A DNA stretch of 46,743 nucleotides, from NCBI GenBank assembly GCA_040755235.1, contig JBFMBJ010000002.1, positions 1-46,743 on the forward strand, in the 5' to 3' direction. Shown one piece after another: positions 10,241-18,740 of this stretch. The notes below the pieces were generated by a model. It was not told the origin of the DNA, made no database searches, and saw only the letters and a program-made list of their open reading frames with translations. The translations under genes were made by a program, and so were the position numbers. The DNA is from Candidatus Omnitrophota bacterium. Lineage in GTDB: Bacteria > Omnitrophota > Gorgyraeia > Gygaellales > JBFMBJ01. The first letter of the stretch is position 1. The number at the start of each line of letters is the position of its first letter.

Positions 10241-12196
10241 CTATGTTATGGCATCCTCAGTTTTTTGTATTTTTTTACCTTCTTCTTTATCAGTGTAATA
10301 ATATCTATACTTATAAGATTTATAATAAGGGTAGTAACTTGTCTGAAATTCTGTCTGCGGCCGAGTATGATTTAAAATAACTCCTAACATCTTGGCTGCC
10401 ATAGATTCAAGCTGAATCTTTGTGCGCAGTAGCGCATCGCGGCTAGTCCTGCCAACTTCATATACAATAATAACGCCGTCTACTCTCTTGGCAAGAATAG
10501 ATGCATCAGTCAAAGATAGAGCAGGGGGGGAATCGAAAATTACTACATCAAATTTATCTTTCAATTCTTTGATAACTTGGGTCATCGAGTCCGAACTTAA
10601 CACCTCGGCTGAACTGCTGGTTAAAGCACCACTGGAAAGCAGGCTTAAAAACTCCAAGCCAGGCAATTGAGTAACCTGCTCAAAACCAAGATTGCCCATG
10701 AGGAAATCTGTAAAATTTTTAATTATCTTGTCTACTTCTTTAATGCCGCTTAATAATAGGTCGGTTAAGCCGGGTTCGCGCTCTACACCAAAGACTTTCG
10801 AAACTGAAGGCCGACGTAAATCAGTGTCCACTAATAACGTCTTCAAGCCCATCTGAGATAGTACCAATCCCAAGGCAGACAAAATCATTGTCTTGCCTTC
10901 TCGCGGACCAGTAGAAGTAATCAACAAGGTTGTCTTTGTGCTCTTCTCTATCTTTAAATTTGTCCTCAATATTCGAAATGCCTCGGTAAAAGGAGAATTA
11001 GGTTCTAGACAAACCGTAAAAGCTATATCGCACCTATCGGAAGTCAAAGATTTAGGTTTAAGTTTATCTTTCTCTTCTTTTTCTCTCTTCACAGAAGGTA
11101 TAACTCCCAAGACAGGAAGTTTTATAAAACTCTCTACATCTTCGATGGTCGCGATAGAGGTATCTAAATTTTCGCTAACAAGTATCATGGTAAATCCAAT
11201 CACTAAACCCATCAACAAGCCTATCAATGAACTTCTCGCTTTATTAGCGCCAACCGGAAATCCTCTTTCTCCGGCTGGATTAACTATAGTTACGTCAGAC
11301 ACCTTCTCTGCCTCAGCGATTCTTGCCTCTTCTACCTTGTCCCTAAGCATTCTGTATACCTTATCGTTTACTTCAACATCACGATTTAGGCGAACATACT
11401 CTAATTCACTCTCAGGTAAATTTTTTAGTTGCTGTTCAATATTAGCAATTTCCTCTTTAGCCCTCAATACCTCAGGATGCTGTTCGGTAGCTTTAGTCAA
11501 CAACTGTGAAAGTTGTGTTTGCAATTCGCCTAATCTATTAGATAGCGCTACGCCAACACCTGTGGCTGTTTCTTTTTCTCTAAATGTTTTAAATGTGTCT
11601 TCGGCTATCTTTAGTTTTCCTTCCGCTTGGATAAGTTGTTTTTCAATAAATTCTCTACTAGTGCGTGCTTCACGATTTTTCTGTTTTAAATTCTCTTCTT
11701 GGTAAACAATAGCAACAGTATTTGCTAAGCCGGCAGCTCGCTGCGCATCAATAGAGGTAACAATAATTTTTACCAAATCGGTCTTTTCCTCCTGCTCGAC
11801 CGAAATAAGATTCAATGTCCCATTTATAACTATGTCTTTCTGAGCAATATCCATAGTATCTTTAATCCAGCCCATGCGCCTTGCCGACGCCTCTGCTACG
11901 GGACGGCTTTTAATTACCCTTATTTCCGATGCTATATAATCACCCACTCCGCTTCTAAAATAAACTGGGCTGTTCATTATCGCACCGACTAATGTCTTTC
12001 TCTCTTCAATACGCACGGTAACCACTGCTTTGTATTTTGATTTCTGAAAACTATTGTAAATTAAAACTAAAACTGTTGTAGAAACAACTGCCAAGACAAG
12101 TATCCAATATCTCTTTCGCAGGATACGCAAATAATCTCTAAAATTTAATTCATATGCTGGCATAAAATTTTTATCGGCCAACTGTCCCTGTGGCAA
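10241..12196 (-). CDS. Chain-length determinant (Wzz) fused to a BY-type tyrosine autokinase
   Basis: 651 aa. The N-terminus has a TM segment plus a long coiled-coil Wzz-like region and a second TM segment. Walker A is TSTGPREGKT, Walker A' is LLVDTDLRRP, and Walker B is VVIFDSPP. The C-terminal Tyr cluster is SYYPYYKSYKYRYYYTD. Confidence 0.85.
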   Translation of the reverse strand: MPQGQLADKNFMPAYELNFRDYLRILRKRYWILVLAVVSTTVLVLIYNSFQKSKYKAVVTVRIEERKTLVGAIMNSPVYFRSGVGDYIASEIRVIKSRPVAEASARRMGWIKDTMDIAQKDIVINGTLNLISVEQEEKTDLVKIIVTSIDAQRAAGLANTVAIVYQEENLKQKNREARTSREFIEKQLIQAEGKLKIAEDTFKTFREKETATGVGVALSNRLGELQTQLSQLLTKATEQHPEVLRAKEEIANIEQQLKNLPESELEYVRLNRDVEVNDKVYRMLRDKVEEARIAEAEKVSDVTIVNPAGERGFPVGANKARSSLIGLLMGLVIGFTMILVSENLDTSIATIEDVESFIKLPVLGVIPSVKREKEEKDKLKPKSLTSDRCDIAFTVCLEPNSPFTEAFRILRTNLKIEKSTKTTLLITSTGPREGKTMILSALGLVLSQMGLKTLLVDTDLRRPSVSKVFGVEREPGLTDLLLSGIKEVDKIIKNFTDFLMGNLGFEQVTQLPGLEFLSLLSSGALTSSSAEVLSSDSMTQVIKELKDKFDVVIFDSPPALSLTDASILAKRVDGVIIVYEVGRTSRDALLRTKIQLESMAAKMLGVILNHTRPQTEFQTSYYPYYKSYKYRYYYTDKEEGKKIQKTEDAIT

Positions 12197-13229
12197 GAAA
12201 CGGTGTAGCCCTCTCCCTAATAGTCTTAATAGAAGTGGTCGCTGCCCCAGAACTCTTCAAAGGACCAAGCAGTTGCTCAAGAATATAGTTAACATCAGCA
12301 ACTATATTTTTTGGAACAAAGACAATATCTTCTGGTTGGATATATACATTTTGTCTTAAGTCGCCTCGCTTCATAATATTGGCCAAATTTATTTTTTCCG
12401 GCCTCGGATCAGATAATCCGCCTCTGATCAAAATTACAGTGCCCAACGCGGCATCTTTTGTATAGCCTCCGGCCAAAGCAATTACATCAAGGATGCGAGC
12501 ATTATCTTGAGGCTTAAAAACCCCTGGGGAATGGACCTCTCCTAAAACTATTACCCTTTTTCCGCCAATCTGAGCCAAATTTATATAGACTTCTGGAGAA
12601 ACAATGAATTTTGCTAACTCAATGGTGAGCTTATCGTCTAACTCAGGTAAGGTTAAACCCCTGGCCATAATCTCTCCTACAAAAGGAAAAGAAATCCTGC
12701 CGTCAGGCCGCACGATAATCTTTTGAGGCAACTGTTCTAAAATTTTGCTTGAACCAAATCCGCTCTGACCAAAATCCATAACCATAATCGAAACTTCTGG
12801 ATATTTAATATAGGCTTTTAACTTTTCTGTCATTAGGTCATCAAGTTCTGTAAGGGTTAGTCCTTCCGCGAGTATATCTCCCACTAATGGAAAAGAAATC
12901 CTGCCGTCAGGCCGCACGATAATGTCACGATTTAAATCCGCCCATTGCCAGACATAGATATTTAAAGTATCGCCTCGGGATATACGATATTCCCTGTGTT
13001 CTTTTGCCTCTTCTTCTTTTTTAGCCACAGGAGTCATCGCCCCTTCCCATACCTTAATTTCCAGATTATCAAAATCTCCGATTCGGTATTCGAAATTGGG
13101 AGCCATTGCTCGAGTAGCATTCTCAGTTGACTTCGCCTCAGGTGATTTAAGCTGAGAATTTGGCGCCGAGCAAGCAAACAACGAAAATGTTGTTATTAAC
13201 AGCAAAAAAATCATCCTATACATATTCAA
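12171..13229 (-). CDS. Polysaccharide export lipoprotein (Wza-like) with a duplicated Poly_export module
   Basis: 352 aa. The signal peptide has lipobox-like LFAC. There are two copies of IIVRPDGRISFP(L/F)VG(D/E)I...GLTL.ELDD, followed by an SLBB-like C-terminus. Confidence 0.8.
   Translation of the reverse strand: MNMYRMIFLLLITTFSLFACSAPNSQLKSPEAKSTENATRAMAPNFEYRIGDFDNLEIKVWEGAMTPVAKKEEEAKEHREYRISRGDTLNIYVWQWADLNRDIIVRPDGRISFPLVGDILAEGLTLTELDDLMTEKLKAYIKYPEVSIMVMDFGQSGFGSSKILEQLPQKIIVRPDGRISFPFVGEIMARGLTLPELDDKLTIELAKFIVSPEVYINLAQIGGKRVIVLGEVHSPGVFKPQDNARILDVIALAGGYTKDAALGTVILIRGGLSDPRPEKINLANIMKRGDLRQNVYIQPEDIVFVPKNIVADVNYILEQLLGPLKSSGAATTSIKTIRERATPFLATGTVGR
12685..12923. repeat. Perfect 35-nt direct repeat inside the Wza-like gene
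   Basis: ggaaaagaaatcctgccgtcaggccgcacgataat occurs at 12685-12719 and at 12889-12923. The spacing is 204 nt, which is in frame (68 codons). Confidence 0.9.
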
Positions 13230-14350
13230 ACCTTTAATTTCAATTCTATCATCTCATCTAAAACCTGCTCTTTAACATAGAGGTTGGGTTGCTTGCTTAA
13301 ATCAACTATTTTTTCCGTCTCTAAGCGCTTCTCATGTTTGTCAAAGTAAAGTTGCACCAGTGGTTTCAGGAGAGAAGATTTATTTATACCAACGACCTTG
13401 GCAATATCGCCAGAACTTAATTTTACCCAACAACCCACGGGGTAAATTGAAATTGCCTCTATGAAAAATTTTAAAAGACGGCTGTTAAATGACGCCTTTC
13501 TCTCCACCAATAATTTAACTGCCTGTTCATTTAAGAGGCGCTCTCTGAATGGCCGCTTATGAATTAGAGAATCGTAGGCGTTAGCCAAACAAACAATCTG
13601 AGTAGATTCATCTATCTTGTCAGCCTTAAGGCCAAGTGGATATCCTGAACCGTCACTGCGCTCATGGTGACCAGAGACAATGGATAAAATATTTTTAGAT
13701 ATTCCTTTCTGTTTCTCTAGCAGTTTGGCTCCTAAGACAGGATGCCGCTTGACTTGTTCATATTCCTCATTTGTTATTTTACGTGCTGCATAAATTATCT
13801 CTTCGAACTGAAGTAAACCCACATCATGCAAAAGTGCGCCTAAGGCTAGCTCTAAGAGACGGGATTTGTTTAAGCCCACTTGTCGGCCTAAGAATATAGA
13901 AAGTACCGCGACATTAACCATATGAGGAAAAATATACTTAGGTGGGCAAGGGTTATTAACTAATACCAGGAATTGTTCATTGCCTAAAGCAATCTGGTCA
14001 ATGAGCGAATTCAAACTATTGTTTAGCGAATCTAATTCAATGCCTTGATTTAACACCAGATCCTTACAGACCTCTTGTAAAGAATTAATTATGGTTTCAT
14101 AGAGAACTTTTGATTCTTTTGGGTCTTCTAATTTGACTCTGTCTAACATTGACTTAGACAATTCTAACAAGGAAGGCTCTTGTTTTTCTAAAGGGGTAGG
14201 TGGCACCAAAGAAGAGAATTGGGTCTGGTTTTTTATCAACTCTACATTAGGTGGCGGGGTGGGCTCTTTCTGTTTCTCCTGGCGTTCTTTTTCTTTCTTT
14301 TCTTTATCTTCTTCCGAAGAGCCGCCAATTATATCAGCTATTCTTATCAT
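13226..14350 (-). CDS. HD-GYP domain protein (probable c-di-GMP phosphodiesterase)
   Basis: 374 aa with the HDVGLL and HHERSDGSGYP motifs. Confidence 0.85.
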   Translation of the reverse strand: MIRIADIIGGSSEEDKEKKEKERQEKQKEPTPPPNVELIKNQTQFSSLVPPTPLEKQEPSLLELSKSMLDRVKLEDPKESKVLYETIINSLQEVCKDLVLNQGIELDSLNNSLNSLIDQIALGNEQFLVLVNNPCPPKYIFPHMVNVAVLSIFLGRQVGLNKSRLLELALGALLHDVGLLQFEEIIYAARKITNEEYEQVKRHPVLGAKLLEKQKGISKNILSIVSGHHERSDGSGYPLGLKADKIDESTQIVCLANAYDSLIHKRPFRERLLNEQAVKLLVERKASFNSRLLKFFIEAISIYPVGCWVKLSSGDIAKVVGINKSSLLKPLVQLYFDKHEKRLETEKIVDLSKQPNLYVKEQVLDEMIELKLKV

Positions 14351-14353
14351 ATT

Positions 14354-15196
14354 TTATAGCCTGTGCAAGGGAGGAGAGCTTATCTCTTTAATCTGACCCT
14401 CTTCCATATCTCTAATAACTTCCTTAACAATCGCTTCGTCTATTAAGTCCTTTTTTGCCCCGAAACCCACTAATAAAGACATGTCGCAGATATTATTAAT
14501 AATGCGCGGAATGCCGCGTGAAGCCCTAAAAATTAACCGCAGGCTATGGTCATCAAACACTGGGGCCGTTCTTTCAGCAACATTTAATCTATGCTTAATA
14601 TATTCATAAGTCTCTCTCTCATCTAACCCCGGAAGATAATAACGAATTGCCACACGTTGATTAAGCTGAGGAATACTATTTATCTTTTTGACTAATTCTG
14701 GTTGGCCAAGAAGAATTAGGGTCAACAAGAAAGCATTGTTAAGCTGGAAATTAAGTATAAGCCGAAGCTCTTCAAAAACTTCATCACTTACAATTGCCTG
14801 GGCCTCATCTATTAAAATTATCGTGTCTTTGCCTTTGGAATAGTTATCGTAAAGCATGCCGTTTAGGATATGAAGAATATCCACTTTGTTATCCGGCACA
14901 TTATCTTTACCCAACTGGTAGGCAATCTCTTTTAAAAATTCTATGGGGCTTAAGACCGGATTAAAGATTAACACATCTGTATATCTCTCAGTGCTTAATT
15001 CTTTCAGTAGCACGCGGGAGAGGAGCGTTTTGCCTGAGCCATAATCACCAGTAAGCATGCCAGCACCTTTCTTTTCCCTTATGCAATAAAGCATCCGGCT
15101 TATCGCTTCTTCATGCTTAACCGAATAGTAAATAAAGCGCGGGTCAGGTGTATTTTCGAAAGGCTTCTCTTTTAACTTCCAATATTCTTTATACAT
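14354..15196 (-). CDS. ExeA-like AAA ATPase (the type found in EPS/PEP-CTERM-style loci)
   Basis: 280 aa. Walker A is GDYGSGKT and Walker B is ILIDEAQ. Length and order match ExeA/GspA-like ATPases. Confidence 0.7.
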   Translation of the reverse strand: MYKEYWKLKEKPFENTPDPRFIYYSVKHEEAISRMLYCIREKKGAGMLTGDYGSGKTLLSRVLLKELSTERYTDVLIFNPVLSPIEFLKEIAYQLGKDNVPDNKVDILHILNGMLYDNYSKGKDTIILIDEAQAIVSDEVFEELRLILNFQLNNAFLLTLILLGQPELVKKINSIPQLNQRVAIRYYLPGLDERETYEYIKHRLNVAERTAPVFDDHSLRLIFRASRGIPRIINNICDMSLLVGFGAKKDLIDEAIVKEVIRDMEEGQIKEISSPPLHRL

Positions 15197-15350
15197 TAGC
15201 CGAGTATAAAACTTACTATTTTACTCATAATTACCCATTTTATTTAAGTTTAATGTAGGTAAAGAGATATGTCAAGGAAATTTAACAGAAGTTAAAGAAC
15301 AATAATGGGTTAGTAACTTAAAAATCCTCTGGGTTTTTGAAAGGGAGGGA

Positions 15351-17012
15351 TTATGAGGCGGCTTTAGTTCTATAGGAATTAATATCTGCCAAAAATATGT
15401 CATCTCTGCAAACATCTCTAAATGTCCTGTCCTTATTTATCTCTTTATTGGCTTTTAAAAAAAGTCTGCGTAAAGAACGAGAATTAATACAAGCTGACTC
15501 ATACCTTGGCTCGCGAAGTAACTGGCTAAGTGGATTGCCGTTAAGATTAGCAAGGCGTTGTTTTTTAATCCTCATGGCATACTTTTTAAAACTCTTATGA
15601 ATCGTTGTCCCGCATATCACACTTAACATATTAATCTCAAATGTAAAATCAGTTTTATTTGATAATCGCCTATATTCTCTTATCTCTTTTTCGATGTCTT
15701 TTTTATATTGAAAAGGCAATCCAAAAATAGCTGTAATATGGCAGTAAATATTATTTCTTTTGCAATTTATCAATGTTTCCTCAAAGTTATTGACGTCTAT
15801 GCCTTTATTTATGATCTTTGATACTCGAGATACTAATGTTTCAACGCCAAGTTGGATATACCTGCATCCTGATTCATACAATGCTTTCATAAATTTCTTG
15901 TCTTTCAACTTCTTCTCAAAACGCAAACATAAACCATAATTAATTTTAAGACCGGATTTTCTAACTTCTCGTAACAACCTCTCGAGATATCCAACAGTTA
16001 AACAGGGATCAATAAAGAAAAAAATATTTGTCCTATATTTATTTATTAGCATCTTCACGTCTTTGATGACTAAGGCTGGTTTTTTCTGCCTAAATCCCTT
16101 ATTAAAAGACAAGGGTGAGCTGCAGAAGATACATTTATTCCAAGGACAATTCTTGGAAGTTGACAATAATAGCACCCTGCTGGGTAAAATATACTTATCA
16201 ATATCAAAATCAGAGTAATCTGGCGCTGGTAATTTATTAATATCGTTAACTGCCATGAGTCTATTTGTCTTAATAGTATTCTTTTCTAAATAGATCAAGT
16301 TAGGAACCCTCTCTCGAGGCTTTTGGTTTAATAATCCCAGTAAAGCCAGCTCTCCTTCCTTCTCGATTAGATAATCAATAAAGTTATAATTATTTAAAAG
16401 CATGCTTCTTTTTTCTTGGCTCATAATGCTAATTATGTGCCCACCAAAGATTATTGTCCTATTAGAGGAATTTTTTAGCAATTTTGCTAAATAAAGAGAA
16501 AAGGCAAGCTGTGAATAAGAAAAAAGCGAAAAGCCAATAATATCCGGCTGCTCAAAGATTACTTTTTCCATATAATATCTAAATATTCTATCTAAGTCTT
16601 TATTACTATTACTACTTATTCTACTGCTTATAATCCATATCCAGCAATCGACAAAATTTTTGTAAAACTTAGAAATCGAATGCCTTATTTTACATTTTAG
16701 CCGATAATCAAGGGTTGGGTCTTTTAACAGCGTAAGTAAATATAGCGAGGATTTCTTAAATTGCATCTCTTCATCAAATTTATTTTTTTGTTTAGACTGG
16801 GCACAGCCTGCTTTGGTTCTTTTGCAATAAATACAAATGTCCAATACCTTAGTGTCACTAAGCGCGTTAAAGAAGAATTCTTGGTTAAAATCAAAGCATT
16901 TAATCTCATGTTCAGAGTTTAACTCAACATAACTCTTCAGAGAAGAAATGCCGAATGGAATATAACTGGGCAAATCAAGGTTAAAGGGTGGAAAGATTAA
17001 AACTGCTTTCAT
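15351..17012 (-). CDS. B12-binding-domain radical SAM enzyme with a variant Cys motif
   Basis: 553 aa. The N-terminus looks like a B12-binding domain (KAVLIFPP...GFSLFS...FGGH). The cluster motif reads NCPWNKCIFCS, which is Cx4Cx2C rather than Cx3Cx2C. Confidence 0.7.
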   Translation of the reverse strand: MKAVLIFPPFNLDLPSYIPFGISSLKSYVELNSEHEIKCFDFNQEFFFNALSDTKVLDICIYCKRTKAGCAQSKQKNKFDEEMQFKKSSLYLLTLLKDPTLDYRLKCKIRHSISKFYKNFVDCWIWIISSRISSNSNKDLDRIFRYYMEKVIFEQPDIIGFSLFSYSQLAFSLYLAKLLKNSSNRTIIFGGHIISIMSQEKRSMLLNNYNFIDYLIEKEGELALLGLLNQKPRERVPNLIYLEKNTIKTNRLMAVNDINKLPAPDYSDFDIDKYILPSRVLLLSTSKNCPWNKCIFCSSPLSFNKGFRQKKPALVIKDVKMLINKYRTNIFFFIDPCLTVGYLERLLREVRKSGLKINYGLCLRFEKKLKDKKFMKALYESGCRYIQLGVETLVSRVSKIINKGIDVNNFEETLINCKRNNIYCHITAIFGLPFQYKKDIEKEIREYRRLSNKTDFTFEINMLSVICGTTIHKSFKKYAMRIKKQRLANLNGNPLSQLLREPRYESACINSRSLRRLFLKANKEINKDRTFRDVCRDDIFLADINSYRTKAAS

Positions 17013-17021
17013 AATAAATGG

Positions 17022-18740
17022 TTAATGCCGGGAAATGACCGATTTAATTTTATTAAATAACCTGCTGAATCTTCTTAATATGTAAATCGCATATTGCCAT
17101 TTTGACCACCCGACTTCTTGAGGCGGGGGAAACAGTCTTTTTATAATTTTGAGACAATCTTCTATACTGCCTGCTTCCAATATTTCAAAAAAAACATAAC
17201 TTAAGAATCCCTCCAGAACCCTCCTCCTAAAATTTGCATTAAAAATGACGCAACGAGATAAAAAAATCTTTATCAATAATCTTTTAAGAATTCCTGGCTT
17301 AAGTCTGGATAGAACATAATCAGGCACACCTGTGCCTAAAATATATTTTGTCTGATGGAGTGCGGCAAAAACAGAATTATCTATCCGATATTCAATTGCA
17401 TTTTTTATAAATGAATCCCAATCAAAACTATTTTTAGATTTTTCTATTAAGGTTGCTATCTCATAGAAATATTTTATGCTTCTATAACCACGGCTATTCA
17501 CTAAATCTACGCAAAGATAAAGCAATAAAGTTTCATCCGGCCATTCATAATAAAAAAATGCTCTGTTTGCTGCTTCTAAATTTATTTTTTTTGCTTCCTT
17601 CCAAAATCCTTCTATCCTCTCTTTGCTCCTCTTCATCATGGTTATATCCCAGAGCAAATGAAGCGGGAAAGAATCCTTTTTTATAAATAATTTATTCCAG
17701 CGCCAAGTTTTATATTTTTCTTCCTCGACCTGTTTATAGCCATTTTTTTCAAGTAATCCTACTGCTATCGCCTCATCTTCCTCTTTTATCAAAAAATCTA
17801 TATCTGCACTCATACCCCGCATTGAAATATCGCCATAAAGTCTTTTGGATAAATATGTACCTTTTAAGGGGATTGCCTTAATTTGCGCTTGAGAAAATAT
17901 TTCAAGAATCATTAAAGATTGCCTGTAATGCTGCTCGCTTAGGCCAATTGATTCTATCTGGAAACGTTGTAAGCGCTCAAAAACAAATGTTGGCACTTTA
18001 ATAAAATCTGTCAAGGTTTTTAGGGATTTTATTATTTCTTCACTTCTACCATTGTCTATAACCATATCGCAAAACCTATTCCAGCGTACTCCTTCTTTAA
18101 TTAAGTTTAAGGCATTATTCCTTTTTTCTATATTGTTAATACCAGCATTAACAGCAATGACCAGCTGCTGGGCATTGAAAAAAAGCGGGTCAGCGCATTG
18201 AAAGCGCTTTAGCATTTTATTGACTAATAAAGGATATTCCAAAATAAGGCAGAAAAAATTATTTATTATTTTAAACAATAAAGGCGCCCTAAGAGAAAAG
18301 TAAGCGGATAGCCGGTTAAATATTCTATGAGAGATGGTCTGAGTGTTAATGATAGTACCATTGCGTTTTATAGTAATGACCTTACCGAGTATCTGGCGCC
18401 TAACAAAGTAACCTTCCAGGCATTTTGCCGCATTGTCTGCCTTGGTAAAAAAAAGTGGCTGGTCATTCCTTGATGTGATTTTAACTAATCTATGGATGTA
18501 ATTAAAATAGGTATCATCCTCTCTTTCGGCATGCCTAACAGCTACGATATCCCCCAGATGTAAAATTTTATCTATATTGGGCGCGATGGTTAAAATATCG
18601 TAATCCTTAATATAAGGATACATACTATCCCCGTGCACACAGACGTCGATATTTTGGCCATCTTTAAGCGAATGCATATATAGCTTCTCTTTTATATTTT
18701 TGATATCGGTTACAATTCTATTTTTAGTCAGAAGACCCAT
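17022..18740 (-). CDS. Fusion of an S26 (SipW/ER-type) signal-peptidase-like domain to an NTP_transf_5-like nucleotidyltransferase
   Basis: 572 aa. N-terminal peptidase boxes are HGDSMYP, IHRLV and TKADN. The C-terminal part has the RGMSADIDFLIKEED motif typical of the uncharacterised nucleotidyltransferase family. Confidence 0.65.
   Translation of the reverse strand: MGLLTKNRIVTDIKNIKEKLYMHSLKDGQNIDVCVHGDSMYPYIKDYDILTIAPNIDKILHLGDIVAVRHAEREDDTYFNYIHRLVKITSRNDQPLFFTKADNAAKCLEGYFVRRQILGKVITIKRNGTIINTQTISHRIFNRLSAYFSLRAPLLFKIINNFFCLILEYPLLVNKMLKRFQCADPLFFNAQQLVIAVNAGINNIEKRNNALNLIKEGVRWNRFCDMVIDNGRSEEIIKSLKTLTDFIKVPTFVFERLQRFQIESIGLSEQHYRQSLMILEIFSQAQIKAIPLKGTYLSKRLYGDISMRGMSADIDFLIKEEDEAIAVGLLEKNGYKQVEEEKYKTWRWNKLFIKKDSFPLHLLWDITMMKRSKERIEGFWKEAKKINLEAANRAFFYYEWPDETLLLYLCVDLVNSRGYRSIKYFYEIATLIEKSKNSFDWDSFIKNAIEYRIDNSVFAALHQTKYILGTGVPDYVLSRLKPGILKRLLIKIFLSRCVIFNANFRRRVLEGFLSYVFFEILEAGSIEDCLKIIKRLFPPPQEVGWSKWQYAIYILRRFSRLFNKIKSVISRH

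Noticed and set aside
10893-11705. A 270-aa plus-strand ORF, and similar antisense ORFs (9715-10200, 42077-42577, 3970-4308, 29498-29872, 28701-29081, 6530-6859 and others)
   Set aside because: These are fully embedded antisense to long genes that have clear motifs. Their products are low-complexity and Ser/Leu/Phe/Ile-rich, as expected of shadow frames in AT-rich DNA. None has an SD.
15320-15338. A possible terminator hairpin (AAAAATCCTCTGGGTTTTT) after the B12-rSAM gene
   Set aside because: On pairing, only about two G-C pairs plus A-U pairs with a mismatch can form. That is too weak to call.
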